Assembly: GCA_050251945.1 (NCBI GenBank)
Contig: JBFWLW010000007.1
Coordinates: forward strand, 68,112-132,111
DNA: 64,000 nt
Source: Deferribacterales bacterium
Lineage (GTDB): Bacteria; Chrysiogenota; Deferribacteres; Deferribacterales; Geovibrionaceae
Reading direction: 5' to 3'
Part shown: positions 38,330 to 48,641 of the stretch, in pieces
Numbering within the stretch: the stretch's first letter is position 1
How the letters are laid out: each line of letters begins with the position of its first letter
Made by a program: the position numbers and the translations under genes
Notes under the pieces: generated by a model
The model's database searches: none
Told to the model about the DNA's origin: nothing
Seen by the model: only the letters and a program-made list of their open reading frames with translations

Positions 38330-39667
38330 ATGAGAAATCATTGGAGCGGACGCCTCGGCTTTACGTTAGCCGCGGTGGGATCCGCTGTGGGGCTCGGTAA
38401 TATCTGGAAATTTCCTTATATTACAGGCATGAATGGGGGTGGCGCCTTTGTTCTGGTCTATCTTCTTGCCATTGTCATATGCGGTCTGCCTCTGCTGATT
38501 GCGGAACTGCTTATCGGCAGGGAGTCGCAGAAGGATGTTGTCGGCACTTTCAAGCATTTAAGTAAGAATCCGTTCTGGTCAAACATCGGATGGATCAACT
38601 TTATTGCAAGTTATGTTATTCTTTCCTATTACGGCACTGTTGCCGGATGGACGTTCAACTTCCTATTAAAATCGGTATCAGGTTCATATCTGAAACTCCC
38701 CGCCGAACAGCTTTCGGGACTTTTCGGACAGCTCGTGGGAGACGCACTGACGCAGATATTCTGTTTCACTGTCTTTCTGGTGCTGACGGTTTATGCTGTT
38801 CTCAAGGGCGTTAAAAAAGGGATTGAGCAGTGGAACAGGGTGATGATGCCCGGGCTGTTCATCATTCTGGTTGTGATGTTTGCATATGCAATGACAACAA
38901 AGGGAGCGCTGGAAGGCATAAAATTCATGTTTTATCCGGATTTTGCAAAGCTGACAGTAGAAGGAGTGCTTGAGGCGATAGGTCATTCATTTTTCACTCT
39001 GTCTCTGGCAATGGGTATCATAGTTACTTACGGGTCATACATGGACAGCCGCGAGACTATTTTTCCCATGGCAACAAAGATTGCAGTTCTCGACACAGTG
39101 GTTGCGCTTGTCGCAGGACTTGCACTGTTTCCAATAGTTTTTACCGTAGGGCTTGAACCCGCCGCGGGACCCGGGCTGATTTTTAAAACTCTTCCGCAGG
39201 TTTTTGCATCTCTGCCCTTTGGTCATGCTCTTTCGTTCCTGTTTTTCCTTCTGCTTGCTTTTGCGGCGCTGACTTCGATGATATCAATATTTGAGGTTGT
39301 TGTTGCGTATCTTATTGACGAAAAAGGGATGGAACGTAAAAAAGCATCAATAATGATGGGGTTCGTGCTGTTCATAACAGGACTGCCCGCCGCTATGTCA
39401 TACAACGTGCTTGGGAATTTCACTGTCATGGGGATGCCTGTGCTTGATGCCATGGATAATTTTGCCAGCAACTATCTGCTTCCCATAGGCGGGATGCTGA
39501 CATCGGTATTTGTCGGTCATATTCTTAAAAAAGAGATAGCTTACAGACAGATAGCAGAGACTGACAAGCTGGTTATAGTGTTCAACGTGTGGTATTTTAT
39601 CATCAGGTTCATAACACCTCTGACAGTTCTGATCGTCTTCCTTCACAAAATAGGTCTTTTTAACTGA
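38330..39667 (+). CDS. NSS/SNF-family sodium-dependent transporter
   Basis: WSGRLGF..GSAVGLGNIWKFPY..GGGAF. Confidence 0.95.
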   Translation: MRNHWSGRLGFTLAAVGSAVGLGNIWKFPYITGMNGGGAFVLVYLLAIVICGLPLLIAELLIGRESQKDVVGTFKHLSKNPFWSNIGWINFIASYVILSYYGTVAGWTFNFLLKSVSGSYLKLPAEQLSGLFGQLVGDALTQIFCFTVFLVLTVYAVLKGVKKGIEQWNRVMMPGLFIILVVMFAYAMTTKGALEGIKFMFYPDFAKLTVEGVLEAIGHSFFTLSLAMGIIVTYGSYMDSRETIFPMATKIAVLDTVVALVAGLALFPIVFTVGLEPAAGPGLIFKTLPQVFASLPFGHALSFLFFLLLAFAALTSMISIFEVVVAYLIDEKGMERKKASIMMGFVLFITGLPAAMSYNVLGNFTVMGMPVLDAMDNFASNYLLPIGGMLTSVFVGHILKKEIAYRQIAETDKLVIVFNVWYFIIRFITPLTVLIVFLHKIGLFN

Positions 39668-39701
39668 TAAAGAAGAGATAGGTTAAAAGATTGCATATAT
39701 G

Positions 39702-39732
39702 AAAACGCCGCAGTTGCGTGCGGCGTTTTTTT
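39702..39732. terminator. Bidirectional intrinsic terminator
   Basis: AAAACGCCGCA-gttgcg-TGCGGCGTTTT between convergent genes. Confidence 0.85.
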
Positions 39733-39769
39733 ACCGGATAATAAGGGGATTTGAAGGATTGTATCCTGC

Positions 39770-40012
39770 TTATTTCATTTTAGCAGGTTTCAGAGTTTTG
39801 CATTTTTCGATCTCTGCTTTAGTCAGTTTCACCATTGCAGGGTTCTTAGCGTATTCCTCGCATTGTTTTGTTTCTTCAGGTGTCAGCATAGCGGAGTTGA
39901 CCATTTCTTTTTTAACTGCGGGCGCTTTCATTTCTGATGCCATGGCGCTGAAAGCTGAAAACATGAGAGCTGCTGCAAGGATTGACGATGCGAGAAGTGA
40001 TGCATTTTTCAT
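39770..40012 (-). CDS. Small secreted Met/Lys-rich protein with two Cys
   Basis: Sec signal ending AMA, AGGAGG RBS, sigma54 promoter upstream. Confidence 0.85.
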   Translation of the reverse strand: MKNASLLASSILAAALMFSAFSAMASEMKAPAVKKEMVNSAMLTPEETKQCEEYAKNPAMVKLTKAEIEKCKTLKPAKMK

Positions 40013-40054
40013 GATTGACCTCCTGAGTCAACGTATTCGTTATGCCATATAACT

Positions 40055-40070
40055 TGCAACAGGTGTGCCA
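40055..40070 (-). promoter_or_regulatory. Sigma54 -24/-12 promoter
   Basis: TGGCAC-acctg-TTGCA on the minus strand, matching consensus. Confidence 0.88.
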
Positions 40071-40132
40071 GTTTTGGTATATTTAGAAAGTCACAGTTTA
40101 TCAGATGGTTATATTGCTGATTCGCTTTGACA

Positions 40133-40181
40133 GGTAAGAAAATATCCGGTAAGTTTCTTGCCGAACGGTAAGAAACTTATC
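40133..40181. promoter_or_regulatory. Three tandem candidate enhancer (UAS) sites
   Basis: GGTAAG-aaa-ATATCC, GGTAAG-ttt-CTTGCC, GGTAAG-aaa-CTTATC. Confidence 0.65.
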
Positions 40182-41511
40182 AGTCGGGGTCGTCCACTCC
40201 GTACTCTTCCAGTTTTTTTCTAAGAGTAAGCCGGCTGACGCCAAGAATGTTTGCCGCCTTAGTTTTGTTATTGCTGCAAGATTCATAAACCGAGAGTATG
40301 TGGCGCCTCTCAATATCTTTCAGACAGCACATTTCAGCCGCCGTTTTATGCACGAGGGCAGCCGCAGGTTTCGGGTTCAGCTCCGGCAGATGACCGAAAA
40401 GCGCTGTCCGTTCCATTATGTTCCTGAGTTCGCGTACGTTGCCGGGCCAGCCGTAATTGAGAATAACATGCCTGTCGTGTGCGGAAAGCTCCATGGGCTG
40501 TTTGTTCATCTTTCGTCTGTATTTGTCTAGATAATACTGAGCCAGCTCAATGCAGTCGCCGTCTCTTTCCGCAAGCGGCGGGATGACTATGTTTACGACG
40601 TTAAGCCTGAAAAAAAGGTCTTCTCTGAATTTTCCTTCTTTAACGAGCGCTTCAAGGTTTCTATTGGTTGCCGTTATGATGCGTACGTTTACCTTTGTTT
40701 CTCTCGTTGCGCCAAGTTTGAAAAAGGTTCCGTTTTCAAGGAACCGCAGAAGTTTAATCTGTGTGGACATGGGCAGATCACCTATTTCGTCCATGAAAAG
40801 CGTGCCGCCCGAAGCCATCTCTATCAAGCCTTTTTTATTTTTCCGTGCGTCGGTGAATGCCCCCTGCTCGTAACCGAAGAGTTCAGATTCGACAAGCTGT
40901 TCCGGCAGTCCGGCAGAATTTATGCTCATGAACGGGCGCTCTTTTCTCGGTGAAAGCATATGGACAGCCTCTGCCACCAGCTCTTTCCCCGTTCCCGTTT
41001 CACCGGAAATCAGGACACGCGTCTCGTCGGACTGCGCCGCCAGAATTATCTGTTTTTTCATCTCCTGAATGACCGCCGAACTGCCGACGATACTGTCCAG
41101 AGACGTTCTGTCCTTCATGGCGTGAATGGCTCCCAGATTTTGTTTCGCCAGTTTAAGGGTCATGGCATTGTTGACGCAAAGCTGAAGATCAACCAGTTCA
41201 AAAGGCTTGTTCACATAGTCGAATGCGCCCATTTTAAGCGTTTTCACTGCCATTTGTACTTCCGGATAAGCTGTTACGACTATAGCCTCTGTGTTGCCGG
41301 GCGAGTTTTTGATAATGGGCAGCAGGTCTGTTCCTTCACCGTCCGGAAGGTTTACGTCAAGGATTGCCACATCAAAATCCTCGTACATTATAGCGTTTTT
41401 TGCACCTGCAAACGTGGTTGTCAGCGTGGTTTCGTGTTCCTTTGAAAAGAACCGCACAAGTGATGTACCGAGAAGCTGGTCGTCTTCGACTATCAGGAGT
41501 TTAGTTTTCAT
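40180..41511 (-). CDS. Sigma54-dependent (NtrC-family) response regulator
   Basis: Receiver domain, GETGTGKE, GAFTDA, FMDEI, WPGNVREL, Fis-type HTH. Confidence 0.96.
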   Translation of the reverse strand: MKTKLLIVEDDQLLGTSLVRFFSKEHETTLTTTFAGAKNAIMYEDFDVAILDVNLPDGEGTDLLPIIKNSPGNTEAIVVTAYPEVQMAVKTLKMGAFDYVNKPFELVDLQLCVNNAMTLKLAKQNLGAIHAMKDRTSLDSIVGSSAVIQEMKKQIILAAQSDETRVLISGETGTGKELVAEAVHMLSPRKERPFMSINSAGLPEQLVESELFGYEQGAFTDARKNKKGLIEMASGGTLFMDEIGDLPMSTQIKLLRFLENGTFFKLGATRETKVNVRIITATNRNLEALVKEGKFREDLFFRLNVVNIVIPPLAERDGDCIELAQYYLDKYRRKMNKQPMELSAHDRHVILNYGWPGNVRELRNIMERTALFGHLPELNPKPAAALVHKTAAEMCCLKDIERRHILSVYESCSNNKTKAANILGVSRLTLRKKLEEYGVDDPD

Positions 41512-43399
41512 TGTCTGTACTCTTAATTCTTATTGTGGTTTGAAGCCCTTTGCCTGAAATGTTTCCGGCGGTTATGCTCCAGCCCGTTGATTTAACTATA
41601 TCGTTCACAATGGCAAGCCCCAGTCCGGTGCCGTCCTGTTTGGTAGTGTAAAAGGGTTTGAACATCTTCTCCGGTTCTTTTGCCCCTCCGCCCGTATCGG
41701 AAATCACCAGTTCGTATGCGCCGTTGATGCCCTGCACGGATATGTCTATATTTCCGCCGCCCATGTCAGAAAGCTGCTGCACGGAGTTGAGCAGTATGTT
41801 GAAAATAACCTGCCGAAGCTGCATTTCATCGCACACAGTAACACTTCTGCCCGCTTTGAGGTTGATGAATATCCCGTTGCGCTCGGTCTCTTTTTCAAGC
41901 GTCAGAACAACCTCTTTAAGAACTTCAGCAATGTCCGTCTCTTTGTATTCCGCGTCCGGTTTTCTTCCGAATTTAGTGATGGATTTAAGGAATACAGAGA
42001 GCTTGTCCACCTGCGAAATTATCATGGATATGAATTCCTTCTCTTCCTGCGATTCGTTTTCAGACCGCAGAACTTCCAGACTGGTCTTCATTGCGGCGAG
42101 GGGGTTGCCTATCTCATGTGCCATTGCGGCGGATATCATCCCCAGAGACGCCAGTCTGTCGGCATGCATGAGCTGTTCCTGAATTTCGCGAAGCTGTTTC
42201 TGATATTCGAGTTCTTTTTCTGTCATGCCCGCTATCTTGTCCACCTGTTCTACTATTCTGGTTTCAAGGTTCCTGTTCAGCTTTTCAAGCTCAAGGGTAC
42301 TCTGTTTCAGCCCGAGTGCAGTCTTGCGGATGGCATGTCCGATGCCGTCAAATTCGCTGATGCCTGTTTCTGTGAATCCTTTGTCCGCTGCTGTGGGTAT
42401 GAACCGCACCAGATGCTTCACTTTTTTGATTATGTCTGCCGACACCAGCAGTGTGAAGAGCAGTACAAAGCCGAAAACCACCCATAGGCTTATCATGTAT
42501 GGGCGCATTATGGAGAACACTGCGTTGTTTATTTCGCTGTCGGATTCGTATATTGCGACGTACCACAGGTTTGTGCCTTCTGAGTTATCAAATCTTATAG
42601 GCATCACGGAAAGGTAGCCTTTTTTCACCCGTTTTTGAGTAATATGCTGTTCTGTAAGAAGGCTTTTTGCGTTTATTCCGAAACGTTCCTGTATCTCGTT
42701 TGAGGCGTATTCTTTGAAACCGCTTCCGTCGTAACTTATGTATTTGCCGGAATTGTTGATGAGCATCGCCTTTGAGGGTTTTGCTCCTGCCAGCGGAAGG
42801 ATATGCTTGAATATGTAGTTGCCGTCGAGATTTATCAGCAGTATTCCGCTTTTTTCGGCTTTAACTCCTATCCGTGCAACCAGCCTGCGGATATGATCTT
42901 TCTCTTTTTCCACGTTCGGATCGAGACCGGAAACGTATATATACTTTCCAGACATATTGAGAGCTTGTCTGAAATAATATTTGTCGGCTCTGTTGTGCAG
43001 TTCGTTTTCTTTTGTGCGCGACAGTCCTTTTTGCGTCCTGTTCAGGCGTATTATCTCCATCCCGCTTTTGTCCAGGTATTTTATCTGCAGAAATTCGGGA
43101 TGTCGGAGCATTATGGCGCTGAATTCACGCGAAATATCCTGCGGATCACCGGTTCTCAGAAATTTTTTGAAGCTTTCATGCTGTTCGACAACGGAAAGTT
43201 CAGTAGCGGACGACACCAGAATCTGGTCGATGAGTGAATCAACCATTGAGAACTGTTCGTTTATCATATTTTCGGATGTGAGCAGTGCAGATTTTTTTGC
43301 AGAGAAGTACACGCTTGCCGACAGAAGCAGCGTGGGCAGAAGCGCCGTAATGAAAAAGGCGGGTAAAAGCCTGCCTGTTATGGATCTGAATAATTTCAT
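41501..43399 (-). CDS. Membrane sensor histidine kinase with Cache domain
   Basis: Two TM helices, RADKYYF, AHEIGNP, GTGLGL; overlaps the regulator gene. Confidence 0.94.
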   Translation of the reverse strand: MKLFRSITGRLLPAFFITALLPTLLLSASVYFSAKKSALLTSENMINEQFSMVDSLIDQILVSSATELSVVEQHESFKKFLRTGDPQDISREFSAIMLRHPEFLQIKYLDKSGMEIIRLNRTQKGLSRTKENELHNRADKYYFRQALNMSGKYIYVSGLDPNVEKEKDHIRRLVARIGVKAEKSGILLINLDGNYIFKHILPLAGAKPSKAMLINNSGKYISYDGSGFKEYASNEIQERFGINAKSLLTEQHITQKRVKKGYLSVMPIRFDNSEGTNLWYVAIYESDSEINNAVFSIMRPYMISLWVVFGFVLLFTLLVSADIIKKVKHLVRFIPTAADKGFTETGISEFDGIGHAIRKTALGLKQSTLELEKLNRNLETRIVEQVDKIAGMTEKELEYQKQLREIQEQLMHADRLASLGMISAAMAHEIGNPLAAMKTSLEVLRSENESQEEKEFISMIISQVDKLSVFLKSITKFGRKPDAEYKETDIAEVLKEVVLTLEKETERNGIFINLKAGRSVTVCDEMQLRQVIFNILLNSVQQLSDMGGGNIDISVQGINGAYELVISDTGGGAKEPEKMFKPFYTTKQDGTGLGLAIVNDIVKSTGWSITAGNISGKGLQTTIRIKSTDNEN

Positions 43400-43524
43400 T
43401 GTGTGTCTCTGTGACCAAAGTTTAGATGATTATATCTTCAATGTTCACTGCGGTCATCTTAATTATGTTGGAGTGACAGTCAAATTGAGGTATAGTTCCC
43501 GAAATAAAAATACAGAGGATTGAT

Positions 43525-44118
43525 ATGCCGGAAAAAACAGGCAGAAACTATGACAAGATAGCCCATTGGTGGCAGGAACAGCACAGGGATTCGCAGTACG
43601 GAATATCCGCGCTGAAGAAAACTCTCGCCATGTGTGGCGGGAATAAAGCTCTGGATATCGGCTGCGGCGCAGGCGGACGCTTTATACACGCTATGCAGGC
43701 TGCCGGTTTTGCTGTTACGGGTGTGGATATTTCAGCGAAAATGATTGAACTTGCCAAAGAGAACCACCCTGAACATACTTTTTTCCATGACGATATCTGC
43801 AAATGGCAATCGGATATAAAATTTGATCTGATAACCGCGTGGGACAGCATTTTTCATCTGCCTTTGAACATGCATGAATCCGTCATTGATAAACTGTGCG
43901 GATTGCTGAAACCGGAAGGCGTTCTGATGTATACGTTCGGAGATGCTGTCGGTGAACATACCGATACATGGCATGATGAACAGTATTATTACAGTTCCAT
44001 AGGGATAGAGGGTAATCTGAATCTGCTTATGAAATGCGGGGTTACTCCTGTCCATCTGGAACTTGACCAGTATCCGCAGACGCATGTTTGTGTTATTGCG
44101 GTGAAACGCAATGTATGA
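43525..44118 (+). CDS. Class I SAM-dependent methyltransferase
   Basis: ALDIGCGAG, GVDIS, LKPEG. Confidence 0.92.
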   Translation: MPEKTGRNYDKIAHWWQEQHRDSQYGISALKKTLAMCGGNKALDIGCGAGGRFIHAMQAAGFAVTGVDISAKMIELAKENHPEHTFFHDDICKWQSDIKFDLITAWDSIFHLPLNMHESVIDKLCGLLKPEGVLMYTFGDAVGEHTDTWHDEQYYYSSIGIEGNLNLLMKCGVTPVHLELDQYPQTHVCVIAVKRNV

Positions 44119-45358
44119 CGTTATTGTGACAGGCGGCGGCGCGGCAGGGCTTATGGCGGCGGGATTTGCCGCGAAAGAGGGCGCGAAGGTGCTCGTTGCC
44201 GAAAAGATGGTCACATGCGGGCGCAAACTGCTCATAAGCGGCAGCGGCAGATGCAACATAACCAATACTATAAAAGATACGAAACAGTTCGTTGCTAAAT
44301 TCGGCAAAAACGGCAGGTTTCTGTATCAGGCTATAAATTCATTCACCACTTCCGATGTGGTTTCTTTTTTTAACTCAAAGGGTCTTAAAACTGCTGTTGA
44401 GAAAAATTTTAAGGTTTTTCCGGCGGGTGATGCAGGCTCGGCTGACGTTCTGCGCGTTTTGATGGGATTTTGCGTATCGGGCGGAGTTGAGTTTCTTTCG
44501 TCCTCTCCCGTAACGAAAATAAACACTGCTGACGGACGAATAATTTCCGTGACCGCCGGCGGGCGGGATATCGAATGTAATGCGGCTGTGATAGCCTGCG
44601 GCGGGAAATCCTATCCGGCGACAGGTTCTTCGGGTGACGGTTATGCACTGGCATCTGCGCTCGGGCATACGATTGCCGAACCTCGTCCTGTTCTCGTTCC
44701 GGCATATTCCGACAGCGAATGGATAAAGGACCTGCAGGGCGTAAGCCTGCGGGATATCCGGCTGACTCTGTTTTCGGCAGGAAAGAACGTCGCATCCGCA
44801 GACGGCGACCTTGTTTTCACAGACAAAGGTGTTTCGGGTCCTGCGGTGTATGACATCACAAGATATGAATTCGACCGCAGCGCCGACAACAGGCTTATGA
44901 TAGACCTGCTGCCGCTTAAGTCTGCAACGGAACTTGACGCGGAACTTGAACTGTCGATGCGCACGAATAATAAAAAAATACTGAAAAATATTATAGACGA
45001 ATGTGTTATGTCCTCTCTTGTGCCTGCTGTGTTTGCAGTTTCAGGTATAGACCCTATGCTGAAAGCGTCAAATCTATCAAAAAAAGACCGTAATAAACTT
45101 GTATCCGCAGTGAAAGGGCTTGAGCTTTCAGGAGTTAACTTTGCCGGATTTGAACGGGCTGTCGTTACCGCAGGCGGAGTAAAACTTAAAGAAATTGACG
45201 GCAGATCAATGAGTTCCACGATTGTTGACGGGCTTTTCTTCGCAGGGGAAGTGATGGATCTGGATGCGCCGACCGGGGGATATAACCTCCAGATGTGCTG
45301 GAGTACGGGCAGACTTGCCGGAATTTCCTGTGCAGAATATGCCAAAAAGAAAATATAA
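44111..45358 (+). CDS. HI0933/BaiN/RdsA-family flavoprotein
   Basis: GGGAAG, GRKLLISGSGRCNITN, GGKSYP.TGS.GDGY, TGGYNLQ. Confidence 0.94.
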   Translation: MYDVIVTGGGAAGLMAAGFAAKEGAKVLVAEKMVTCGRKLLISGSGRCNITNTIKDTKQFVAKFGKNGRFLYQAINSFTTSDVVSFFNSKGLKTAVEKNFKVFPAGDAGSADVLRVLMGFCVSGGVEFLSSSPVTKINTADGRIISVTAGGRDIECNAAVIACGGKSYPATGSSGDGYALASALGHTIAEPRPVLVPAYSDSEWIKDLQGVSLRDIRLTLFSAGKNVASADGDLVFTDKGVSGPAVYDITRYEFDRSADNRLMIDLLPLKSATELDAELELSMRTNNKKILKNIIDECVMSSLVPAVFAVSGIDPMLKASNLSKKDRNKLVSAVKGLELSGVNFAGFERAVVTAGGVKLKEIDGRSMSSTIVDGLFFAGEVMDLDAPTGGYNLQMCWSTGRLAGISCAEYAKKKI

Positions 45359-45448
45359 GCATTTTCTCCTTTACTACCTGCATACCGAGGGAGTATATTT
45401 TCATGCACGAACCCTTTGCCGTGACGGCAAAGGTATTGGAGGAGTCCC

Positions 45449-46534
45449 ATGGAAATAACATCCAAACTGCTTCCTGAAAGTGAGAGGAAGTATTCGCAAA
45501 TTGCAGGTATCAAAGACCTTCCCTTCGGTCAGTTCCGCACGGATCACATGTTTCTTGTGGATTATAAGGACGGAGAGTGGAAGAATGCCCGCATAGTGCC
45601 CTACGGTCCGATAGAAATGATGCCCGGAGCCGTGTCACTGCACTACGGTCAGACGATTTTTGAAGGCGCGAAGGCCTTTAAACACCCTGACGGTGAGATT
45701 TACGCCTTCAGGCTTGACCAGAACGCGAAAAGGATGAACGTTTCCGCAGAACTGATTTGTATGCAGCCCATCAGCGAAGAGCTTCAGGTGGAAGGTGCAA
45801 TGCGTCTTATGGACATTGACCGCAAATGGTGTCCAGACGTACCCGAATCATCACTCTATATCCGCCCTTTTATGTTCGCAACGGAGGACGCACTCGGTGT
45901 TCGCCCCAGCCGCGAATATATATACTGCGTAATTCTGTCGCCCAGCGGTCCTTATTACTCAGGCGGTTTTAATCACAGCGTGAGACTGCTTATCACCGAT
46001 AAATATCACAGAGCGGTTTCCGGCGGAACGGGAGCTTCCAAAACAGGCGGCAACTACACAGCGTCGCTGAAACCCGGCATGGTCGCCAAACAATGCGGCG
46101 CCAGTCAGGTTCTTTACCTTGACGCTACGAATACATATATTGAGGAAGCGGGCGCCATGAACCACTTCCATATCATGAAGGACGGAACGGTCATAATCCC
46201 TGAGTTCACGGATTCGATCCTGCGTTCCATCACGTCCATATCCATGATAGAGCTTCTTCCTGCAATCGGCTATAAGGTTCGTCAGGAACGCATTGCTGTC
46301 AAAGATTTCATCGCACAGATAAAGAGCGGCGACATCATTGAAGCTGGCGGTTTCGGTACGGCTGCCGTTGTTTCACCCGTTAACGAATACGTTTTTGATG
46401 ACGGTGAGATACTTAAGGTCGGCAACGGACAGATTGGCGAGCACACCAGAAAGATATATGAAGCCTATACCGCAATACAGAAGGGCGAGGCGCCCGACAA
46501 ATTCGGCTGGCTTAAAAAAGTAAAAAGATATTAA
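45449..46534 (+). CDS. ilvE: Branched-chain amino acid aminotransferase
   Basis: LHYGQTIFEGAK, LYIRPF, KTGGNY, EEAGAMN, GTAAVVSP. Confidence 0.94.
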   Translation: MEITSKLLPESERKYSQIAGIKDLPFGQFRTDHMFLVDYKDGEWKNARIVPYGPIEMMPGAVSLHYGQTIFEGAKAFKHPDGEIYAFRLDQNAKRMNVSAELICMQPISEELQVEGAMRLMDIDRKWCPDVPESSLYIRPFMFATEDALGVRPSREYIYCVILSPSGPYYSGGFNHSVRLLITDKYHRAVSGGTGASKTGGNYTASLKPGMVAKQCGASQVLYLDATNTYIEEAGAMNHFHIMKDGTVIIPEFTDSILRSITSISMIELLPAIGYKVRQERIAVKDFIAQIKSGDIIEAGGFGTAAVVSPVNEYVFDDGEILKVGNGQIGEHTRKIYEAYTAIQKGEAPDKFGWLKKVKRY

Positions 46535-46535
46535 T

Positions 46536-46609
46536 GAGACCGCCGCGCCGCCAGTGCTTCTCGCGAAGGCTTTTTTCGTCTCTGCGAGGGCGCAGCCCGC
46601 GGCAGTCTC
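46536..46609. repeat. REP-like family A inverted pair
   Basis: GAGACCGCCGCG...CTCGCGAAG...GTCTCTGCGAGGG...CCCGCGGCAGTCTC. Confidence 0.75.
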
Positions 46610-46636
46610 TTTTTCTTCCCCATTTCAGGAGACAAT

Positions 46637-47731
46637 ATGCAGCAGTTCAGCTTTCACAGCCCCGTCCATGCCTTTTTCGGATTCAACGCCATAGACAATC
46701 TCAAAACCCTTCTTGAGCCTTACAAAACAGTTTGCATCGTCTGCGGCGCGACTTCCCCCGAAAAAACCGGATTCCGTAAATATATGGACGAGTATTTCAA
46801 GGATAAGAACATACACTGGTTCAACCGCATAGAGGAGAACCCGTCCATCAATACCATTCTGAAAGGCGGAAAATTTGCCCGCGAATGTAAAGCGGAGGTT
46901 GTGATAGGTTTCGGCGGCGGAAGTCCGCTGGACGCTTCTAAAGCCATTGCCGCATTTGCCACCAACAACAAGGGATTTTACGAACTGCTCACCGAGGAAA
47001 AACTCGAAAAAGAGCCTCTGCCTGTGATATGCATACCCGCAACCTGCGGAACCGGCAGTGAAATGAACAATTACAGCATCGTCACTGATACAGAAAAACT
47101 GGACAAGATAAACTTTGCCAAAGAGAACACGTTTCCGAAATATGCGGTTATCGACCCTGTGTTCCTGCGTTCGCTAAACAGAAAAACCCTTTACGCCACT
47201 GCGTTTGACGCTTTTACCCACTGCCTCGAAGGTTTTGTGTCCGTTCGCTCGAATCCTTTCAGCGACAGCCACGCCATCACAGGTATGGAGATAATACTTT
47301 CGACATTTGCCGAGGGTGCGGACACAACGAAGGATGAGACGCTTGTAAACTTTCTTTACGGTTCCACACTTGGCGGCATAGTTATTCTGCACACTGCAAC
47401 CACGCTGCTTCACGCGCTCGGCTATTACCTGACAAATGAAAAGAAGATACACCATGGCACTGCGAACGCCATTCTTCTGCCTTATTATCTTGAGATGATG
47501 CGTGAATCGGGCGTTGAAAAATGCATGGTCGTTGATGCGCTGATGGAGAAATACGGATTCAATATCTCCCGCTGGCAGGATGAGATGGGGTATGATGTCA
47601 CAATAAAAGAGATACTTTCAGATGTGGAGATAGAGGCTATGGTCGACTATGCTCTTACAAAAAAGAACAGCGAATGGTCGCCTTTTGCTCCTGAAAAGGA
47701 TTTCGTTCTGGAAATTCTGAAAAAGTATTGA
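46637..47731 (+). CDS. Iron-containing alcohol dehydrogenase family protein
   Basis: ENP, GGGSPLDASK, GTGSE, DAFTHCLEG, HALG, HHG. Confidence 0.93.
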   Translation: MQQFSFHSPVHAFFGFNAIDNLKTLLEPYKTVCIVCGATSPEKTGFRKYMDEYFKDKNIHWFNRIEENPSINTILKGGKFARECKAEVVIGFGGGSPLDASKAIAAFATNNKGFYELLTEEKLEKEPLPVICIPATCGTGSEMNNYSIVTDTEKLDKINFAKENTFPKYAVIDPVFLRSLNRKTLYATAFDAFTHCLEGFVSVRSNPFSDSHAITGMEIILSTFAEGADTTKDETLVNFLYGSTLGGIVILHTATTLLHALGYYLTNEKKIHHGTANAILLPYYLEMMRESGVEKCMVVDALMEKYGFNISRWQDEMGYDVTIKEILSDVEIEAMVDYALTKKNSEWSPFAPEKDFVLEILKKY

Positions 47732-47750
47732 TATGTTTTCAGGATCAAAC

Positions 47751-47950
47751 CCCGGACTGATGACAAAAAAAGAGAAAAGACTAGATCGCGTCGTCGCTTT
47801 ATTCGACAAATAGTTTAAATTGGACTCATTCAGCCTTCGGCTAGTGCTTCTCGCGAAGACAGAAAGAAAAAACTGTCTCTGCGAGGGCATTAGCCCGAAG
47901 CAGTCTAATTGTTTTGTATAAATCTTTAGTTAGTCAAGAACCTGTGGTTT
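47751..47950. repeat. Long intergenic repeat, copy 1 (contains family A REPs)
   Basis: Near-identical direct repeat of 50383-50630. Confidence 0.9.
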
Positions 47951-47988
47951 CAGGATGAAACCCTTAGCGTTGATACATTTTCTATTGA

Positions 47989-48558
47989 TTACCTTTCGTA
48001 CTCTTCCATAATTTTTCTTATATAGTGCTTGGTTTCACCGAAATCAGGCACTTTTCCGTCTTTAACGTTGTTGGGTCCAGCATTATATGCAGCCAGTGCC
48101 AGAGGAACGTTCTCAAACTTTTTAAGCTGTCTCGAAAGATATTTGACGCCAGCGTCTATGTTGTCTTCCGCAAGGAAAGGATCGCCGTGGGAGATGTCAA
48201 AGAAAGTGACAGGCATAACCTGCATCAGCCCCATTGCGCCTGTGCGTGAGACCGCGAATTGTCTGCCTTTCGATTCCACCTTTATCATTATATGGATAAG
48301 TTTCGGATCAACCTCATATTTTTCGCAGGCGGAGTTTATGAACGCCTCAACCTCGTGAGTTTCGGATGTTGTGAACCCCAGTCCTGCAACGAGGACAACG
48401 TGTTTTGTCAGATGATACATGCTTATTGTTCTGTTCTTGAGATAGAACGGGTTTATCAGTGCCTTCGGGCTTCCGGAGGCAAGAAAGGTCAGCATGTTCA
48501 AAAGCAGAATGTAGCATATAAATGTATATAAAATGGTCTTGTAAGCTCTGTTTAACAT
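47989..48558 (-). CDS. Membrane-anchored SLT lytic transglycosylase
   Basis: VES, GAMGLMQVMP, ALAAYNAG, ETKHY. Confidence 0.93.
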   Translation of the reverse strand: MLNRAYKTILYTFICYILLLNMLTFLASGSPKALINPFYLKNRTISMYHLTKHVVLVAGLGFTTSETHEVEAFINSACEKYEVDPKLIHIMIKVESKGRQFAVSRTGAMGLMQVMPVTFFDISHGDPFLAEDNIDAGVKYLSRQLKKFENVPLALAAYNAGPNNVKDGKVPDFGETKHYIRKIMEEYER

Positions 48559-48641
48559 AAAAAAACAATGTCATAAAAACTTCTTGCAGTCAATCAAGTC
48601 TATGAGGATAATAGGGGTCATTTTAAAAAAAAGGAAGTTTC

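Noticed and set aside
40845..40865. GAFTDA instead of GAFTGA suggesting a sigma54-independent regulator
   Set aside because: It is a common natural variant, and a consensus sigma54 promoter lies directly downstream
47618..47890. Similar short minus-strand ORFs here and at 50446-50631
   Set aside because: Translations of the duplicated intergenic repeat, not genes
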